This document shows, piece after piece, positions 2,374-5,913 of a DNA stretch of 5,913 nt; positions within the stretch are counted from its first letter, which is position 1; each line of letters starts with the position of its first letter. This DNA comes from a virus. The position numbers were made by a program, and so were the translations under genes. The notes beneath the pieces were generated by a model. The model was not told the origin of the DNA, ran no database searches, and worked only from the letters and a program-made list of their open reading frames with translations. Location: IMG/VR virus record IMGVR_UViG_3300020030_000109, positions 1 through 5,913 of that record; one strand, written 5' to 3'.

Positions 2374-4055
2374 ATAGAAACAAAGATGCGGGATTTAACC
2401 AGGTTCCGCGACTGGACATCACGCGAAGCCGCTTCAAAAGGCGGCAAGACGTCAAACTGACAATGAATGCAGGACAGCTTATCCCGTTTTACGTGGATGA
2501 GGTATTGCCGGGTGATACTTTTAGCATCGACCAAGCTGCTATTATCCGAATGACAACTCCTATCTTTCCGGTCATGGATAACTGTTACATGGACGTTTAT
2601 TATTTCTTCACACCCAACCGAATCCTGTGGGAAAACTGGAAACGGTTCATGGGCGAAAACGACACTGGTCCATGGGCACAAACGCAGGAGTACACAATTC
2701 CGCAAGTTAATATAGTCGGCACAGCAGAAAAACCCGCACCTTATGAAGGCAGCATCCTAGACTACATGGGCATCCCGACCAAGATAAGCAAGGGCGAAAG
2801 CACGGCGTTCACGGTCAACGCTCTGCCAATGCGGGCGTATGCTATGATTTGGCAGGAATGGTTTCGAGACCAAAACGTGGACAATCCGGCTATTAACAGC
2901 ACGGCGGACGCAAATGTAAACTATACGGACGACGAGAGCAAAGGCATGGACGCAGCAACGCCGGATTTGGAGTACATTCTCCAGAACGCATACACCGGCG
3001 GCAGACCGTTGCCTGTTAACAAATTCCATGACTACTTCACCAGTGCACTGCCGAGTCCGCAGAAAGCGGGGGAACCGGTAGCAATCCCATTAGGCGGAAA
3101 AGCGCCGGTATATGGATATAAGTACAACAGCGACACAAAGGAACCGGAAACGTTAAATTTTGTCACACATCTCTGGCAAAACTCAACCGTCGCTAACTCG
3201 GAAGACCAAGGGTTAGAAATATCCGCCTACAGTATAGACGAAGATGAAAACTATTCTTACCACAGCATGTACTTGTACACAGACATGAGCCAAGTAAACA
3301 GTACAACCATCAACCAACTGAGACAGGCGTTCCAGGTCCAAAAATACTACGAACAGTTGGCGCGCGGCGGCAGCAGATACCGTGAGATGATTTATTCGCT
3401 GTTTCACACCAAAATCAGCGATAAAACGGTACAAATCCCGGAGTATCTGGGCGGTACGCGCATCACCATCAACATGAGCCAAGTCATCCAGACCAGCGGC
3501 ACAACGGCAGAGAGTCCGCAGGGCAACACAGCAGCAGTAAGCGTTACACCGTACAACGGCAGTATGTTTACTAAGAGTTTCGAAGAGCACGGCTTTGTTA
3601 TCGGTGTATGCTGCATCCGGCATGACCATACTTACCAGCAGGGACTCGAGCGGATGTGGAGTCGAAAAACCAATCTGGATTTCTACTACCCCGTCTTTGC
3701 AAATCTGGGAGAACAGGCCATTCTTAAAAAGGAGCTGTATCTCACTGGTACGAGCACCGACGAACAGGCATTTGGCTACCAAGAAGCATGGGCAGAATAC
3801 CGCATGAAGCCAAACAGAATCAGCGGCAAATTCCGGAGCAACGCAACGGGAACGCTGGATAGTTGGCACTACGGCGACAACTACACGGAAACGCCAAGCT
3901 TAAGTCAAGCATGGATGAAAGAAGGAGACTCAGAAATTCAGAGAACTTTGGCAGTGGACAACGAACCCCAGTTTATCATGGACACCATCATCGATAATAC
4001 GTCCGTCAGACCGATGCCAATGTACAGCATACCAGGACTCGTAGACCATCACTAA
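2370..4055 (+). CDS. VP1: Major capsid protein VP1 (Microviridae F-protein family), 561 aa.
   Basis: Hallmark N-terminus FNQVPRLDITRSRFKRRQDVKLTMNAGQLIPFYVDEVLPGDTF, plus HDYFTSALPSPQK, INQLRQAFQVQKYYE and RYREMI. The size is typical of gokushovirus capsids with a large surface insertion. The GTG start overlaps the VP3 stop (GTGA), and the SD GGAGG (2358-2362) is 7 nt upstream. Confidence 0.95.
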   Translation: MNRNKDAGFNQVPRLDITRSRFKRRQDVKLTMNAGQLIPFYVDEVLPGDTFSIDQAAIIRMTTPIFPVMDNCYMDVYYFFTPNRILWENWKRFMGENDTGPWAQTQEYTIPQVNIVGTAEKPAPYEGSILDYMGIPTKISKGESTAFTVNALPMRAYAMIWQEWFRDQNVDNPAINSTADANVNYTDDESKGMDAATPDLEYILQNAYTGGRPLPVNKFHDYFTSALPSPQKAGEPVAIPLGGKAPVYGYKYNSDTKEPETLNFVTHLWQNSTVANSEDQGLEISAYSIDEDENYSYHSMYLYTDMSQVNSTTINQLRQAFQVQKYYEQLARGGSRYREMIYSLFHTKISDKTVQIPEYLGGTRITINMSQVIQTSGTTAESPQGNTAAVSVTPYNGSMFTKSFEEHGFVIGVCCIRHDHTYQQGLERMWSRKTNLDFYYPVFANLGEQAILKKELYLTGTSTDEQAFGYQEAWAEYRMKPNRISGKFRSNATGTLDSWHYGDNYTETPSLSQAWMKEGDSEIQRTLAVDNEPQFIMDTIIDNTSVRPMPMYSIPGLVDHH

Positions 4056-4066
4056 AGAGAGGGGGA

Positions 4067-4097
4067 AAGCCCAGGGCAAAACCCTGGGCTTATTTTT
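4067..4097 (+). terminator. Intercistronic hairpin plus T-tract between VP1 and VP2. It is likely a partial terminator and also bridges the VP2 SD to its start codon.
   Basis: Perfect 10-bp stem aagcccaggg (4067-4076) / ccctgggctt (4082-4091), loop caaaa, then ATTTTT (4092-4097) running straight into ATG 4098. Confidence 0.7.
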
Positions 4098-4976
4098 ATG
4101 GGATTATTAGCAACACTCGGAGTGCCTATCCTTAAAGCAGTAATTCCAAGCTTCATAGGAGCAGCAGCAAACAAACTGTTCGGCACAAGCTCAAGTTACG
4201 GACAGCAAGGACAATCAAACAGTCAAAGCAGCGGCTCAAGCTGGTCACAAGGCTCAAGCGACAGCGCAAGTTTCAGCAGCAGCGGAACAAACGACGAGAT
4301 AAACAAGAGCATTGCAGCACTAGCAAACCAGATAAGTCAAGGAAGTATGGCCGGACAACAGAAATACAATCGTAACTCAATGCTCATGCAAATGGGATAT
4401 AACACCTTAGGGGCAATCCAACAAGGCGTGTACAATCACATCCAGCAGCAAACAGCCATGAGTTACAACTCGGCAGAAGCGGCGACAAACAGAGCATGGC
4501 AAGAGAGAATGAGCAACACATCTTACCAGAGAGCTGTCGAAGACATGAGAAAAGCGGGAATCAATCCTATCTTAGCATACACACAAGGCGGCGCAAGCAC
4601 TCCAAGCGGAGCACAAGGAACAATCGGGAGCGCAAGTATGGGCATGGCATCCAGCAGCGCACTGGGAGCAACAGCATTACCAGGCATCAAACAAGACGGA
4701 AGCTGGAGCAGTCATAGCGAAGCATGGAGCCACGCAGAAAACGCAGCTGAAAGCATCCAACAAGCTATCATGTCGAGCAGCTCAAACCCGGTAAGACTCA
4801 AAGGAGACATGGAAGCCATAGCCGAAACGGCTGTAGAAAACGCAGCCAAACTCAAAGAAAAATTCGCAGCCTTACCCGTGGCAGACAAAGCAAAAAATGA
4901 ACTCGCGAATAGACTCGAAAGTTCAAGAAGACACTTGCCCACAGGGTATATGAGCATAAATCCGAGAGGTAAATAA
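4098..4976 (+). CDS. VP2: Minor capsid / DNA pilot protein VP2, 292 aa.
   Basis: Hydrophobic N-terminus, S/Q/G-rich low-complexity region, and the conserved pilot-protein motif [24 protein letters not shown]. It occupies the canonical position after VP1. Confidence 0.85.
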   Translation: MGLLATLGVPILKAVIPSFIGAAANKLFGTSSSYGQQGQSNSQSSGSSWSQGSSDSASFSSSGTNDEINKSIAALANQISQGSMAGQQKYNRNSMLMQMGYNTLGAIQQGVYNHIQQQTAMSYNSAEAATNRAWQERMSNTSYQRAVEDMRKAGINPILAYTQGGASTPSGAQGTIGSASMGMASSSALGATALPGIKQDGSWSSHSEAWSHAENAAESIQQAIMSSSSNPVRLKGDMEAIAETAVENAAKLKEKFAALPVADKAKNELANRLESSRRHLPTGYMSINPRGK

Positions 4977-5913
4977 ATGGGATGCAATAAACCGTTAATC
5001 CGGTTTTATGTACCTCATAACAGGGAGGCGAGCGGGCGAGTGTACTCACTCGCCTCTTTTAATGAGACGCATAAGACAAACCTTAGATATGAAGACTTAA
5101 TGTACAGAAAAGATGTAATGTTGATACCATGCGGACAATGTACCGGATGCAAACTACGCAAGCGCAAAGATTGGTCAACACGAATGGAGCTAGAAGCATA
5201 TGGACACAGCAAAGAAAGTATCTGGTTTATCACACTGACTTATGATGATGACCACGTGCCAACGCAGGACACCGAAACAGGCGAAATCTATAAAGGCGGC
5301 ATAAACATCTGGAAAGGCGTCTCAGAGCGTCCAAGAACAGCTCAAACACTGAGCGTAGAGGATACCCAACTATTCATAAAAAGGCTCAGAAAGGCCGTCA
5401 AAGAGCCTCTGAGATACTTTTTAGCAGGAGAGTACGGAGACAACACAGCGAGACCGCACTATCACATGATACTGTATGGATGGCATCCGGACGACTTAAA
5501 ACCAATACACAAGCTGTCAAGACACGGTCACTACACAAGCGATAAACTAATAAAAATCTGGGGGCAAGGAGCAGTTGACATAGCGCAAGCAACACCGGAG
5601 ACATATAATTATGTTGCAGGATATGTGACTAAAAAGCTGTACGGCAACGACAAAAAGCGTTACCAGAAAATGGGTTTAATACCACCATTTTGCACAATGA
5701 GCCGGAAACCGGGACTCGGAGACAAATGGTTTGAGGACAACCAAGAGCGACTCTGGCAGCAAGGATACATACAGCTTACCAACGGAAAGAGAGCAGCGAT
5801 ACCAGAATACTACTGGAGAAAGCTGGAGGCTGAAAACCCCGAAAAGGCATGGAGAATCAAGAAGTATCGACAGGAAAAAGCCATAGCGTCCTTAATTGAA
5901 AGAAACGCGGAAA
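4977..5913 (+). CDS. VP4: Replication initiation protein VP4 (HUH rolling-circle endonuclease, phiX174 protein A family). The N-terminal 312 codons are here. The ORF runs off the window and ends at 204 after circularisation (about 339 aa in total).
   Basis: ATG 4977 directly abuts the VP2 stop (TAAATG) with the SD GAGAGG (4964-4969). Motifs: CGQCTGCKLRKRKDW, FITLTY, RPHYHMILYG (HYH at 5457-5465), and YVAGYVTKK with two Tyr spaced by three residues (5610-5612 and 5622-5624; compare phiX174 A, YVAKYVNKK). It is missing from the ORF track only because it is open-ended. Confidence 0.93.
   Translation, partial: MGCNKPLIRFYVPHNREASGRVYSLASFNETHKTNLRYEDLMYRKDVMLIPCGQCTGCKLRKRKDWSTRMELEAYGHSKESIWFITLTYDDDHVPTQDTETGEIYKGGINIWKGVSERPRTAQTLSVEDTQLFIKRLRKAVKEPLRYFLAGEYGDNTARPHYHMILYGWHPDDLKPIHKLSRHGHYTSDKLIKIWGQGAVDIAQATPETYNYVAGYVTKKLYGNDKKRYQKMGLIPPFCTMSRKPGLGDKWFEDNQERLWQQGYIQLTNGKRAAIPEYYWRKLEAENPEKAWRIKKYRQEKAIASLIERNAE
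5035..5060 (+). terminator. Terminator-like hairpin inside the 5' end of rep, a possible attenuator.
   Basis: 8-bp GC-rich stem ggcgagtg (5035-5042) / cactcgcc (5047-5054), loop tact, then TCTTTT (5055-5060). An alternative upstream arm gaggcgag (5025-5032) can pair with ctcgcctc (5049-5056). Confidence 0.4.
5793..5913. repeat. Terminal direct repeat (right copy), identical to 1-121.
   Basis: Same 121-nt string as the window start. Confidence 0.95.

Noticed and set aside
1377-3869. Long antisense ORFs opposite the core genes: 1377-1574, 1587-1982, 1891-2160, 2040-2306, 2307-2705, 2757-3029, 3213-3869 (218 aa) and 3404-3616. The 4712-4987, 4852-5049, 5015-5233 and 5398-5604 ORFs opposite VP2 and rep were rejected on the same grounds.
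   Set aside because: All lie antisense to confidently identified, motif-bearing genes. They lack SDs and recognisable domains, and their compositions are Cys/Arg/Val-rich as expected of antisense frames. Microvirus genes are unidirectional.
4496-4717. 73-aa highly basic ORF overprinted in the +1 frame of VP2. Overlapping genes are known in phiX174.
   Set aside because: There is no SD upstream of ATG 4496 and no recognisable motif. The Arg/Lys-rich content is what the alternative frame of a Gln/Ser/Ala-rich gene gives. Conservation analysis would be needed before calling it.

Overview
The window is a complete, circularly permuted genome of a small ssDNA phage of the family Microviridae with gokushovirus-like architecture. 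Bases 1-121 are identical to 5793-5913, so the unit genome is 5,792 nt and the replication-initiator gene that runs off the right end finishes at 1-204. All convincing genes are on the + strand. In circular order they are: major capsid VP1 (2370-4055), DNA-pilot/minor capsid VP2 (4098-4976), HUH rolling-circle Rep VP4 (4977-5913 plus 1-204, about 339 aa), then a roughly 510-nt non-coding region. After that come a self-contained promoter / two small ORFs / terminator cassette (660-1132), a second near-consensus promoter, two small unknown ORFs, a 39-aa basic J/ORF8-like protein, a VP5-like protein and the VP3 internal scaffold. Family assignments come from motifs I recognise by eye, with no database search. 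Examples are FITLTY, RPHYHMILYG and YVAGYVTKK in Rep, DEVLPGDTF and HDYFTSALP in VP1, [19 protein letters not shown] in VP2, and DFTEMPHTLAELQN in VP3. The unusual content sits in the non-coding and accessory third of the genome (about 205-1340). It contains a Z-DNA-prone alternating purine/pyrimidine imperfect palindrome next to a phiX174-ori-like TGATATTA, and triplet microsatellites. It also has seven NTGTTGAAA iterons arranged with one perfect and one relaxed-consensus DnaA box, an unannotated 27-codon hydrophobic ORF with a good SD, and a GC-rich hairpin island. A moron-like two-gene cassette completes it. There are also structured expression controls: a hairpin splitting the VP2 RBS, a terminator whose loop carries a -35 box, and a terminator-like hairpin inside rep. 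No integrase, tRNA, CRISPR or recognisable lysis gene is present. Strong AGGAGG/GGGGG Shine-Dalgarno sites and TTGACA-type promoters argue for an SD-using host (for example Firmicutes or Proteobacteria) rather than Bacteroidetes.
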